DNA from: Ophelia neglecta
Lineage: Eukaryota
Direction: 5' to 3'
DNA: 64,000 bases
NCBI GenBank assembly: GCA_965285935.1
Contig: OZ260662.1
Location: 85,312,001-85,376,000, forward strand
Shown here: positions 26,895 to 40,315 of the stretch, piece after piece
Layout: every line of letters begins with the position of its first letter
How positions within the stretch are numbered: position 1 is the stretch's first letter
Position numbers and translations under genes: made by a program
The notes under the pieces: model-generated
What the model was told of the DNA's origin: nothing
Seen by the model: the letters and a program-made list of their open reading frames with translations, nothing else
Databases searched by the model: none

Positions 26895-27735
26895 TCCACT
26901 TGTCGATGGTGAACCTGTGTGGCATTCTGTTTAAAGCTTCTGGGACCTACTAGTCGATGATGTGTCTTTGGGGCCTACTTGATGGAGCTATGGGGCCTAC
27001 TAGGTGATGGTGAACATTTCGGGCGTGCTCTTTGGGGTCTTTGGATTATCGATGGTGAGTTTTGGTTCTACTCGTTGGGGCCTTTGCGTTTTCTAGGGGA
27101 TGGTGAGGCGTTGGGGCCTCTTCTGTGGAGTATTTTGGAGCCTACTAGTCGATGGTGAGCATTTGAGGCCTACTTGTCGAGATTAAGCTCTTTTTACTTT
27201 ACTTAGGCCCTTCTATTTTCAGCGTTTGAAGCCCCACTAATCGATTAGGGCTTTCTCTTGGCCGTTTCGTGGGGCTTAATTGTCCTCGTCGAGCCCTTGG
27301 GGCTTACTCGTCCGGCCATTTTGGGCCTACTGGTAGATGGTGATGCTTTGGGGTATTCTTGTTGGGATCAGTGGGCCCTATTATAATAGCGGGCAAGTCT
27401 ACGGTCTTAGGGCAATGTACTTGTCGATAGTTGAGGTCTTTAAGCCTCGCTTGTCAAGGCTCTTGGGACCTATTGTCGATGGTGTGCTTTTTGGGCCTTC
27501 TCTGGAGAGTTTTTGGGGCTACTGGTCGATTTTGTTCCACATGGGCCTTTTCTTTGGAGTTTTCAGGGATTAGTAGTGGACGGTGAGCCCTTGGGGGCCT
27601 ATTTGTTCTCTGGGGCCACATTGGCTTACCAACTTTATAATAGTGAGAATTTTAGCCTCTTTGTTGGGGCCTACTATAGTCGATAGGGGCCTTTGGGGCA
27701 TGTTCGCTGGTGAAGATTTTAAGCTATCGTTGGGG
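26895..27735. repeat. Old, degenerate G/T-rich tandem repeat (motif ~ TTTGGGGCCTACTAGTCGATGGTGAG)
   Basis: GGGCCTAC and GTCGATGGTG motifs recur at irregular spacing of about 25-50 bp. Confidence 0.7.
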
Positions 27736-27899
27736 ATTTCCTGTATACGTTCTTTGGCTTCTACACCTTACATTCTCAGAGAGCCCCGTGCGCCTTCAGA
27801 AGTGAGTGTTTTGTTTCCACGTATAATTAGAAGGAGATTTACGGTTTGACGGCTACTTCCTTGCCGTCTTTCTAGTTTGGGACACTAATGACTATAACC

Positions 27900-28220
27900 T
27901 GTCCTAGACTATTCGTTGATGCGGTATACGCCGGTGATGTAGAACTCGTTGTTGTAGTAGTCATTGACGCGATACCCGTTGACGCAGTACGCGTTGGCGC
28001 CATACTCATTGATGCGGCACTTGTTGATGTGGTACTCGTTAACACATTGACGCGATACTCGTTGACTTGGTAGTTGATGACGTACTTGTTGATGCGAAAC
28101 TCGTTGACGAGTTACTCGTTGCCGTACTCGTTGCGGCGACACTCGATGACGTACGTAGCACTCGAGGGCGCGATACTTGCTGACGCTGTACTCGTTGGCA
28201 CGGAACTCTTTGATGAGATT
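27900..28220. repeat. Degenerate ~15-bp minisatellite (GTACTCGTTGACGCG-like)
   Basis: TACTCGTTGA and GTTGATGCG recur, which produces the VDAVL-like and QRV-like periodic pseudo-ORFs. Confidence 0.7.
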
Positions 28221-31202
28221 CTCGCTGGTTTGCTTCTACAATAAACGCCGAGCTATTTCCACCTGATAGTTTGGCCAATGGTTCGTTTGTGTCTAAATCG
28301 ACCACTGGCGTCCATGTTGACCTTTTACATGTTAGCACTGACTCTGCCTTTTCCATTGACCCCAAACATCTAGACTTTGACCTCAACGCCTTACTCGTTT
28401 ATGTCCACATTTATCCATTTACCATGGCGCGATTAATTGGTCGTGCGTGTCTCCTCTCCCCAATCATTGATCATTACTTCGTACACACAGAATAGTTTGC
28501 TTTCGCCAATCTAGAGCGGATCTGTCACTGTTAATTTCCGATTTCTTCTCGTGCATGTACTCGACCCACAAAACATCACTGCGCGTGCGCTTCATGCTTT
28601 GTCACCAACTAGCAGATCGTGCGATGGTTGCTGTCGTCTGATCCCCAAGGACGTTTGTCCGTATTTACCAGCTGGGTTTTCATGTACACTTGATATAAGA
28701 CAGTTAAACCTTAGGGTTGGGTATGCCCCATCACAGCTAGCAAACGCTCCCGGCATACGATAGCATGGCTTAAACCTATCAGTCTCATCACAGATCCTGT
28801 AATCAGCTTACGCCGTTCCTACGCCAAGTATCTCTTTCTCTCTGACTCTCTCTTTTGCCAATGAATTATACATGGACGGATCGTCTTTTGTGTCTGCTCC
28901 TTCTGCATGGAGGAGAGGTCAGGAGGGAATGTGAATCATGTTGTCCCTGGCGTCGTTGCATGATTACCAATCAATCGAAATGGGCACAACTTATCCAGCG
29001 GCAAGTCTCGTCCTAAAATTTGGCGAAGGAAATTATAAGGTTGTACAGCCTGAAGCAGAAGGAGAAGGATGTGGATGTGTTGTAAGATTTTGATTGCGGA
29101 CTAATATCGAGGATTGTAGTGTCTGTGCACGTGGCTGCCTCTCCCATGCTACCCACTACAGCTTTGACTGACAGGCCACTGGTTAAATTAACTGGTATTA
29201 AATGCACTGTTTTTAGTAACGCTGACGATTGCAAAACTGAGTCTGACTTTTAGTTGAGATAAAGATGTCAGTTAACGCCTCGATGAATATTGTTTCCATC
29301 TAAATAAACGTTTCCAATGTATTTGTCATGGCTTGGATTCGAGAACACGATGTATTAAAATGGGAAACTACATCTAAGAGGTATGGTTTTAAGGACCATT
29401 CATGAATCGCATGGATGCCTTCCTCGGAGCCTGAATCTTCCCTGCGCCATGCAGGATGGAATCTAACTGTTAGCAAGCCATTTCTCTTTCTTTTTGTAGC
29501 TTTAATCTTTACATAAAGTGATTTATATTGCTTGATATATATTTAAAACTGCAGTCACTATATTTGGATACATAGGTCCTCATTAAATGAACCCTTCGCG
29601 TCCCCCGACACTTTAGTTTCCCTTATAGCGGAGGCGATGCACGCAGATAGCGGGTTTGACGCAAATGGAAATTGGCTTTTACCAGGAGGGATATCTTTGG
29701 TTCAATGGACCTTTGTGAGTCTATACCAATTGATAAACATGGCTAGCGCTGTGTTCAAGTTCTAAGCTTTATTTGAATATCTTTTTTGCTCACATGGCAG
29801 CGCCGTCAGTAGTTTATTTCTCTCAATTGTATATACATATTAAGCTACACTAGGGTTTCACTAGGCGTAGGGTAAACGTTGTATGCATTCATAGGTCAAA
29901 CTCAACTTAATGGTAAGAGAAGTGTACATATATTCTAAAAGGAGTGAAATTAAACTAAACACTATATCGCTCTTTTTTTTTTAAATTAATAGTAGACTAC
30001 CACCGTTAATGTTAGGTCACCTAAAGAAGTATTCAAGAAAATGAGGTCGGAAGGATTTCCTTTTTCGGGAGCGATGCCAAACAAATGCTTCTCATGCAAT
30101 TTTTATCAATCAAAGAGTGATGGGGGCGGTTTTTTACATTTGAATCATAAGGTGAGGGCGGGCGGTTTTTTTGCACAAACATTTCATACTGAGAACGGGA
30201 GGATTTTTGTTCACATAAGACATAAAGTGAAGGCTGTTTTTTTTTGCCTCGTGAATGCATGGAAATGCTATTGAAAAATAAGAGGAAGTGTGTATAGTTT
30301 TAATACCTTTCCTTGAAGTTCCCATTTCAACTTGTCTTGAAGAGGTATTTATGTCTGTCATGAGAAACTCTTTATTTTGTCTATAACTAGGAGGGAAATT
30401 AGCCCAGTCCTGGAACCAATGGCACATTGTTGTCTTTGGAATGTCAGATGGGTTGTTGAGACAAAAAGAAATGCAGAAAGCAGGTGATATTTTTAATAGC
30501 CCCATGCAACAGAGGCGGGCGGAGTTATTAAAAAATGCGGAAAGCGGGTAACTTCTTTTGTTTCTTGAGACAGAGCTTCCTTTGGGGGAAGCTAAACCTG
30601 ATCACAGACTTATAATTATGATAAAGGTATAATAACGGAGCCATCAGTGTATGCTGATCATACTTCTGTACGTTGGCAGGCACAATGACTTGTTCACTGT
30701 ACACAGTAAACATTCTATTGCAATATCGAAGTTTCTCTTTTGTAATCAGGGACATTTTACATACTACTCTGACCCTGCATTTAGTGATACAAATTAGCCG
30801 TGTTGTCACAGTTACGGGGGAGGTTAGTCCACCACTGACTCTCCTATGGATTTCCTCATTTCTGTCTCACCACGGCCTTGTTTGTTTGTGCTCGGACTGT
30901 CATCGAAAGCAATAAACTACTTCACGGTGCACGTGATGTCAATTCATTTTGTTTTAATATTTTTTTATAAGCCTTTGTATTGTTAGGGAAGCGGAGGATG
31001 ATGTTTTTGAGCCTGTAGCTGACGGTTTATTATAATTTAGGACCGAATTGATAAACTATTTTCGATTAATGCTTTGTCTCTCTGAATTGAATGGAAACAA
31101 TCCCACTACATGTATATAATGTTATAGCTCGCTGTATGACACAGTTGGAATGAAGGTCAAGGCAGCTGTCTTTATTGAAAGCTGAATGAAAAAAAGAACT
31201 GT

Positions 31203-31409
31203 CCATGAACGAGCAGTCATACCATGAACGAGCAGTCATACCATGAACGAGCAGTCATACCATGAACAAGCAGTCATACCATGAACGAGCTAGCAGTCAT
31301 ACCATGAACGAGCAGTCATACCATGAACGAGCAGTCATACCATGAACGAACAGTCATACCATGAACGAGCTAGCAGTCATACCATGAACGAGCAGTCATA
31401 CCATGAACG
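31203..31409. repeat. 19-bp minisatellite CCATGAACGAGCAGTCATA, about 10.5 copies
   Basis: Units start at 31203, 31222, 31241, 31260, 31279 (+4 nt), 31302, 31321, 31340, 31359 (+4 nt), 31382 and 31401 (partial). Confidence 0.95.
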
Positions 31410-32364
31410 CGGGTGGGGTGGGGTAGGGGTAGGGAGTCGTACACGAATTAAACACGCGGAGTTCAACAGTTTGTTCCTACCGGTATATTTCTATAGCGCT
31501 GTTCCACAGAAAGTCCTGTGTTACTTTTGCTGAACTTTTTTGGGGTATGATAATTTGATGTTTTATTTCAAGTCGTTTATTTAAATTTAGAAATAATTTC
31601 TAATGACTATTCATGATTGAACACTTCATTGTTAGACATATTCATCAATGACAATTCGACGAATCACACGTAAATTTGATCATATTCTCAGTTGATATTA
31701 TAACCTAATGGATGATCATAAAATGTGTGAAAAGAAATAGATATGCGGTTATTGAAAATTTTAAGTAAAGAGAAGCTGCCTTGTATTATATATAGGCCAT
31801 ATGAAACCGCGTTACTGGTGGTTTTCGCGCAACACGCCAGCTGATGTAGTTTTGTAATCGTCTGCTATCACACAGCTGGGACGCTGGTGAGAGCCGTATC
31901 TGAGGGGCTTTAGGTGGCATGTTAATCCCCCGGGTCCCTGACAGTCCCGCTGCCAGGGCCGCCCCTATAAATGTCTCCCTGAGGTGTCCAGGGAACAAAT
32001 TGCAGGAAAACTTCGTTATTAGAAGACATTAACTTGATTGATTTCTCCGGAGCCCATCAGTTAGCAAACAGTCTTAGCCATTTCGGCATTTATTAACTTC
32101 CGGAGCGTGCTCTGTCAAGAAATCAATTGTACTACTTATAGATACCGGCTGAAGTAATTACGCGCCACGTCCAGTGTTAGTTGTGAATTGGTCCTTTACC
32201 ACTAACAGACTAACATCCGGGGCAGTATTGTTGTTACTATAGAGCGGCCGCAATATGTACATCCGAGGGCTCATTACTTACAGGTAGAGAGTTTTTAAAG
32301 CGTTAAATGGGCTATGGTAAATGACTTCTCTGTATATATAATAACCTCCGGACGTTCTTAGATA

Positions 32365-32542
32365 CAGTGAAACCTGCCTTAACGACCACCTCTATAATCA
32401 GACCACCTGTAATTTAAAACCACTAATACGATGCCTGTGCTGTATATTTATAATGTTAAATAACCTGTCTAAACAGACCGCCTCCGAAATCAGACCAGTA
32501 TTTTCCAGTCCCTTTGGTGGTCTTAATTCACATGTTTCACTG
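32365..32542. mobile_element. Tc1/mariner-pogo (Tigger-like) MITE, 178 bp, TA target-site duplication
   Basis: TA|CAGTGAAACCTG...GACCACC at the left end and GGTGGTC...CATGTTTCACTG|TA at the right end, with internal GACCACCT subrepeats. Confidence 0.8.
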
Positions 32543-34470
32543 TATGTCCTAAAAAATTACATGACACTAAAAGAAATGGAAGGAAATACAATCTACAGTA
32601 CGAAACATTGTTTATGTATAGTTATACATAACAGGATGGTCAAGTACTTCATAATTAAGGGAATCGACCGACTTCTTTCGGACTAAATTGACCCGACAAG
32701 CGATTTGAAGAACAGCGATCATATAATATCTTCGAGTGGTCGGCATCAATCATTATCCCAGGCCATTCAATCCTCTCTCGCTATCAACACAATGACCATT
32801 TGCCTCGCACAGATGTCCAATATCATGTATGGACAGGCATGACAATCCCCATCAAGTATGTTAATCTGTAGGCAGAGATGACATTGATATTTGTATTTAT
32901 AGAGAGATTAATGTATACATGAACGCTACCAGCTGCTCTCTCGGGGACCGAGCTCCTCGTGCTATGATCTCCTAATGAGCGATTGGTTCTTCTGTGTATA
33001 TCCCTTGGCAGACATGGCTATCGATTAGCCACCAAAACGCTCACCAAAATATTGATGGCGATATTAGAGGATAACCACTTGGATACGGTCATTACTGAAG
33101 CGTCCCTTGTAGACGCTCCTTATTATCGCCCAACTCCCTCTCATATGTATCGGTAAGGGCGAGCAATTCGATCACTCTCGATGAGCTGATGTAGAAATAA
33201 TTTCTATCATCTGGTATTGAAGCGTCCTCCCGCGCCGCTTCCTCCGGGCCCCGTACACTTCGTCTGATTGCCTTTATGGCAATACGTTACATTTATCCTT
33301 TTATGTACACTACTGTAATGAGAGGGAGACTTGAGCGCCGACAATTAAGCTTTCTGGGATAGCTGGAGGTCAGATATTATCACATTTATAAGCAGCTTGT
33401 TATGATTAGCTATGATTACAAGTACCGGCCGCCGGGTGGTAAAGGTTATCAACCACAAGCACCACAGTCCTTACAAACATCATTTGAACTCCCACATAAG
33501 GTTGGAACTCCCCAAATGGCCTACAGGTTACAGAGCAGGCAGGTGCTGTTGTCAGCAGCAGGATTGTCACTTCCTGTGCCGCAGGGAAACAAGCTCGCAC
33601 TTCAGACCAACCAAATTACCTACAGTCTAGTTAGCACTTGATGGGTTAGACTAGGCTTTTTTTTCAAAGACGAAAATAGAATTTAATTAATGCTGGCTAA
33701 GTTTCACTTAAGGTGTTTGGTGAACTTAACTTCCTACGGATATTAAGTGCCTAAGATATTACCAATACAAGGCTTCAATAACCCGATAGGGGCCTTATTT
33801 GTAAACGTATGTAAAACATATATACGCACTTCAATGTTCTGATGACTACACATCTTTCGCCAAAGAGGAAGTCATAGTTACTGTTAACTGTCTACTAGAA
33901 TTACAGATTTTATTAACAGAGCTGAAGAAAACAGTTCTATTTTAAAAAAACAGAAAACAGATTCGCTTCAATAGGGATGAAATCGATAATGGTGTACTGA
34001 AACACAAATATCCTGAGCATAGCATATCCTTACTGTATACTTGCATGGAATTACGTAGCATGGTCACATTAGCACTTATTTCCTTTCACTTTTAAATGGC
34101 TGGCTTCTGGGCCGAGTTGACAGTGGGCCGAAATTGCAATGGGCAGAGTTGATACTTGTCGAGGTGTAAAACACTGCTGTGAAGCACCGCCGCCTTTGAT
34201 TACCTATACGTGCCGAATAGAATGGGAGCCGAATTGGCAATAGGCGGAGTTAACCATTAAATACCTAGCGGAAGTTTAGTTCGACACTGCCAACTCTCAG
34301 TCACAAGCATGATACCTTTACGTGTGCGGGGAATTTAATAACCATTTATTAGGTAAATGAACCTTGCACACGATATCGAAATGAGAGATAATGCCGAGAA
34401 AACAAGGAGCCTGAACGATAGTTACAGTTTACTGGACTGAGATTATGGCATTAATAATAAATGAACTAAT

Positions 34471-36960
34471 ATCTCCTCACGCGCCGGACGTCACAGGGTG
34501 AGTTGAGATGTCCTCACGAGCCCGACGTCACTGGGTGAGTTGAGATCTTCTCACAGGCCAGACGTCACTGGGTGAGTTGGGATATCCTCACGCGCCGGAC
34601 GTCACTGGGTGAGTTGGGATCTCCTCACTCGCCGGACGTCACTGGGTGAGTTGGGATCTCCTCACGCGCCGGACGTCGCTGGGTGAGTTGGGATCTCCTC
34701 ACGCGCCGGACGTCACTGGGTGAGTTGGGATCTCCTCACGCGCCGGACGTCACTGGGTGAGTTGGGATCTCCTCACGCGCCGGACGTCACGGGGTGAGTT
34801 GGGATCTCCTCACGCACCGGACGGCGCTGGGTGAGTTGGGATCTCCTCACGCACCGGACGTCAGTGGGTGAGTTGGGATCTCCTCACACGCTGGACGTCA
34901 CTGGGTGAGTTGGGATCTCCTCACGCGCCGGACGTCACGGGGTGAGTTGGGATCTCCTCACACGCCGGACGTCACTGGGTGAGTTGAGATCTCCTCACAC
35001 GCCGGACGTCACGGGGTGAGTTGGGATCTCCTCACGCACCGGACGGCGCTGGGTGAGTTGGGATCTCCTCACGCGCCGGACGTCACTGGGTGAGTTGGAA
35101 TCTCCTCACACGCCGGACGTCACTGGGTGAGTTGGGATCTCCTCACGCGCCGGACGTCACGGGGTGAGTTGGGATCTCCTCACACGCCGGACGTCACTGG
35201 GTGAGTTGAGATCTCCTCACGCGCCGGACGTCACGGGGTGAGTTGGGATCTCCTCACGCACCGGACGGCGCTGGGTGAGTTGGGATCTCCTCACGCACCG
35301 GACGTCAGTGGGTGAGTTTGGATCTCCTTACGCGCCGGACGTCACTTGGTGAGTTGGGATCTCCTCACACGCCGGACGTCACTGGGTGAGTTGGGATCTC
35401 CTCACGCGCCGGACGTCACTGGGTGAGTTGGGATCTCCTCACACGCCGGACGTCACTGGGTGAGTTGGGATCTCCTCACACGCCGGACGTCACGGGGTGA
35501 GTTGAGATCTCCTCGCGCACCGGACGTCAGTGGGTGAGTTGGGATCTCCTCACGCACCGGACGTCAGTGGGTGAGTTGGGATCTCCTCACACGCCGGACG
35601 TCACGGGGTGAGTTGAGATCTCCTCACACGCCGGACGTCACTGGGTGAGTTGGGATCTCCTCACACGCCGGACGTCACGGGGTGAGTTGAGATCTCCTCG
35701 CGCACCGGACGTCAGTGGGTGAGTTGGGATCTCCTCACGCGCAGGACGTCACTGGGTGAGTTGGGATCTCCTCACGCGCCGGACGTCACGGGGTGAGTTG
35801 GGATCTCCTCACACGCCGGACGTCACTGGGTGAGTTGGGATCTCCTCACGCGCCGGACGTCACGGGGTGAGTTGGGATCTCCTCACGCGCCGGACGTCAC
35901 TGGGTGAGTTGTGATCTCATCACGCGCCGGACGTCAGTGGGTGAGTTGTGATCTCATCACGTGCCGGACGTCAGTGGGTGAGTTGTGATCTCCTCACGCG
36001 CCGGACGTCAGTGGGTGAGTTGTGATCTCACGCGCCGGATGTCAGTGGGTGAGTTGTGATCTCATCACATGCCGGACGTCACTGGGTGAGTTGAGATCTC
36101 TTCACGCGCCGGACGTCACTGGGTGAGTTGGGATCTCCTCACGCGCCGGGACGTCACTGGGTGAGTTGAGATGACCTCAAGCGCCGGACGGCGCTGGGTG
36201 AGTTGGAATCTCCTCACGCGCCGGACGTCAGTGGGTGATTTGAGATCTCCTCACGCGCCGGCGTCACTGGGTGTGTTGAGATCTCCTCACGCGCCGGACG
36301 TCAGTGGGTGTTTTGAGATCTCCTCACGCGCCAGCGTCACTGGGTGTGTTGAGATCTCCTCACGCGCCGGACGCCAGTGGGTGAGTTGTGATCTTATCAC
36401 GCGCCGGACGTCACTGGGTGAGTTGAGATCTCCTCACGCACCGGACGTCACAGGGTGAGTTGGAATCTCCTCACGCGCCGGACGTCACTGGGTGAGTTGA
36501 GATCTCCTCACGCGCCGGACGTCACTGGGTGAGTTGAGATCTCCTCACGCGCCGGACGTCACTGGGTGAGTTGAGATCTCCTCACGCGCCGGACGTCACA
36601 GGGTGAGTTGGAATCTCCTCACGCGCCGGACGTCACTGGGTGAGTTGAGATCTCCTCACGCGCCGGACGTCACTGGGTGAGTTGAGATCTCCTCACGCGC
36701 CGGACGTCACTGGGTGAGTTGAGATCTCCTCACGCGCCGGACGTCACAGGGTGAGTGGGAATCTCCTCACGCGCCGGAACGCGCTGGGTGAGTTGAGATC
36801 TCCTCACGCGCCGGACGTCACAGGGTGAGTTGAGATCTCCTCACGCGCCGGACGTCAGTGGGTGAGTTAGGACCTCCTCACGCGACGGACGTCACTAGGT
36901 GAGTTGGCATCTTCTCACGCGCCGGACATTACTGGGTGAGTTCGGGTTTCCTGATGTGCC
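34471..36960. repeat. 37-bp minisatellite, about 67 copies (CCGGACGTCACTGGGTGAGTTGGGATCTCCTCACGCG)
   Basis: Period 37 (GACGTCAC at 34561 and 34598). Homogeneous, CpG-dense core with degenerate ends. Confidence 0.97.
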
Positions 36961-37783
36961 GAACGATAATAAATAATTGTATAGTCCGAATAATATCAGC
37001 AATCGTGAGCTGTAGAAACAAACCTCTCTTTATGTTTCCATTAAAATAAAAATTATTAGACTAGAGTAGGGCCATCTGTTTTATGGCATAGCTGACCTGG
37101 AGGTATAGGCTATGGTACTCACAATCCAACACAAATAGGTTCCTGTAGTCCCAACCGATAAGTAATGATAATTGGATACCAAACTAAACGATAGATAATA
37201 ATAATTAGGTTCGAAAGAATTAGGCATGATTCCCGGTTGGTTTTATGATACGATCGGGGTCATAACTGCAGATGTCACTGGTGTTTCTGATACCGGCAAA
37301 TCTGAAATGATTCTCGCACGACCCGCCTTACTCCCAAGGGGAGAAATACTCTGAATATTGTTCGATAGGAACCCTCAACATACTCAGGAATGATCGGCCC
37401 AAGCCAAAAGGGTCAACATCTCATTCTCCCAGGCCCCAACAACCAGATTTATCGATCAAGGAAAAGCAAATGTCGTCGCTGACATAATAACCAAGGTCAG
37501 TCTACTCGTGTTCTCCTGCCCTCGAGTCAAAGGCAGAAAGGCTGGGGTGGAGCCAACTGACGTTCATATGGCGAATGTGAAAAATTGTCTATCTGTGCTG
37601 GTTATTATATCTAAAATCAACTTAATAGCCGATGAAAGAACTGGGATGAAAGTAGACCGGAGTCCTCTATGTATGTGTACAATTATTGGGTATTGGGCAA
37701 CAGGTGGCTGACATACTGCATCTCGCCCCCATCGCCTTTTGCCAAGAAGTGGGCCCGGACCAGGGCCTATTTCTAGACCCACG

Positions 37784-37903
37784 CAAGGTGGTTTCAGAGG
37801 GTAGGTAACGGGGACAAACCAGAAATTTGCCTTGTCAGCCTTGGAAAATTTGGGCCCCCTTGCCCCCCCCCCCCTTGCCCCAGAAATCCTGGATCCGCCA
37901 CTG
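37784..37903. mobile_element. Degenerate MITE of the CAGTGGCGGATCCAG type
   Basis: The right end AAATCCTGGATCCGCCACTG resembles the right end of the 18152 element. The left end CAAGGTGGTTTCAG is a decayed match, and there is an internal C-run. Confidence 0.5.
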
Positions 37904-39852
37904 CATGGTCAGTATTGGAGTTGGGGGCACTAGAATCACTGCGAGGAACAAAAGGTCGAATATGACCCATGTACTATCAGTTACCCCACGCTTGAACCCG
38001 GTCGGCATGGCGTGTCCATCGTACAATGGTTGCTCGGCCGGTGTACCACGCCATATGCCGGGACCAAGTGTGGTGTTACGGGTTAGCCATTAACCTAACA
38101 ATGTGGTATAGGGCTTCCCCTCAAATATTCAAGGGTTCCCCAGTAACCTCGTGTTCACCCCCCACCACGGTATATGGATACGAGCTAAGTTATACCAAGG
38201 CATAGGTGTAGGTACACAACAGGTATCAGACCAATCAGCGACTAGGCCTGGGATACTTGTAGATATATGCATGAAAAAGGCACATATAACATGTTTTTCT
38301 TTGTGAACATTATTATTTTGGGCAACCTGAGCCTAAATGGGTGCCGGAGCATGGTAGTTTTTACGAGAAAATTCACTGATTGTCTTACATAGGCTGATAT
38401 TTCTGTAGAAGCGCCTTTATATAGAAAACCGAGACCACTAGTTGCATCTCTCTGACTTCACATGTTGTCCAAACTAATGAATATGGTAATTAAAGCTTCC
38501 GCTAATGAATTCTCATCGGGAGTTGCCAATTGTAATTGTAAGTCCAGCCTTATAATGAGCTCGCTTATTGGGATTACACTGAGACAGACTGCTCATAGTG
38601 TTATCACGGAATGACCCCCCCCCCCCTCTTCCCCGGTCGAGGTTGTTATGTACAAAAAGGATCAAACCTTTTCTTATACCAATACAAGCCACTGTTAATT
38701 ACACAAAGGACGCCCAGAAACATCGACAAGTCTTATTAGGCGTATAGGAACGGCTAAATATACGGACGGAAATGACAACACAAGGCAACTACCGCAATGT
38801 CTCACCCCTCTTCAAGGCAATCGGCTCCCGGAAGTCGTTCATATTCAGGGCCGGTGTGCTTTATGTCATGATCGCCAACCATCTCTTGTTGAGCTCCTTG
38901 TGCCTAGGAAATGTTGGCAATAGATGTACGGTGAATTAAGTGAGCGGAGCCCATGTAGGGTGTTGTTGATTGGATTATGCCAGAAAGGAAGTCGCGGATG
39001 CTCTGGCGAAATTGAATTTCGGATCTCAATGAACAATCTTTTAGCTTCTCTTGTCCGATTTCCAATAACCGTGGCAGGTCCCGCGTGGTTTCAGGTTAAA
39101 TCATGCCGGACTGGGAGCCATTTTATGTCGTCTCCCCGCCAAGAAGGCCGACGGCCTTATAAACACCCACATCACTTGGTCTCCTCTGGGGAACGCTTTT
39201 TGCAAAAGGTCCACGAGAATATAATTCACCCCGTCCGTTAATGTTTACAATCAGAGACGCCTGAATGAAAACTAAGAACGCTAAAAATTATTTATCAAAT
39301 TACATAGAAAATCTGGGAGAAGACTAAAAAAAGATATGCTGAAGTAGTTGCTTTTATATTTTTCAGATGTTGAAAAACACATTTTCATCTGAACTAAGGC
39401 CTAAAAGGAAGTTTCACTTTTAATAAGAATTGTTTGGATTATCCAAGCGTGCCTAATGTAGTGTTGAATGACTTAGGTATTAATCCAACTAATCATTAAA
39501 TATACCAAAAAAATACTTTTCTGTCTATATATGTGTATAATTATATAGGCCTACTCATGCATGGTAATGGTATATGCCTATAGTGATAATTGTGGTGAAA
39601 CTTGTACGGTTACTCAAGTCCTATGTTAGGGGTAATAACCGAAAAACACAGAATTACTGGAAAAATATTACCGCACTGAGGCTCATTCAAAGTACAGTTT
39701 TGTTTTCCAGCAGAACAGAGTTTAGAGGGCATTGACTTATATAGGTGAAACTTACTCTAAATGACTGTGTCTCAGGTATTGAATAAAAGTATTTTCATGC
39801 AGCAATTTATTCCCTGGTGTTCTTAAACAAGCCTGGGGGACGTTGTGAAATA

Positions 39853-40315
39853 AACAATAGAGAGGCTACAGCAGGCTGTCTGGTGAGGGTCGCAGTTACG
39901 TGAACACTATAGAGTGGCTACAGCTGGCCCTCTGGTGGGGATGGCAGTTAAGTGAACTCTAGTCTAGTGTAAGAGACTATACAGCAGACCGTCTGGTAGG
40001 GTCGCAGTTTATTGCCCACCAGAGAATATACAGCAGGCTGTCTGGTGGGGTGGCAGTTAACTGCACTCCAGAGAATATACAGCAGGCCGTCTGGTGGGGT
40101 CGCAGTTAATTGCACAACAGAGAATATCCAGCAGGCCGTCTAGTAGGGGTCGCAGTGTAGTGAACACTAGAGAAGATACTTCAGTCCGTCTGGTGGTGAT
40201 CGCACTTAATTGAACACTAGAGATGATACAGCAGGCCGTCTAGTAGGGGTCGCAGTTAATTGAACAATATAGAGAAGTTACAGCAGGTCGTCTGGTGGGG
40301 TCGCAGTTACGTGAA
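39853..40315. repeat. Degenerate ~50-bp tandem repeat, about 9 copies (AGAGAATATACAGCAGGCCGTCTGGTGGGGTCGCAGTTAATTGAACACT)
   Basis: CAGCAGG..GTCTGGT..GGTCGCAGTT recurs about every 49-52 bp, with one longer unit. Confidence 0.88.

Noticed and set aside
27888-28386. Periodic VDAVL, QRV and Ser/Thr-rich ORFs suggesting a repeat protein
   Set aside because: Explained by a decayed 15-bp minisatellite. The frames are interrupted and there is no splice support.
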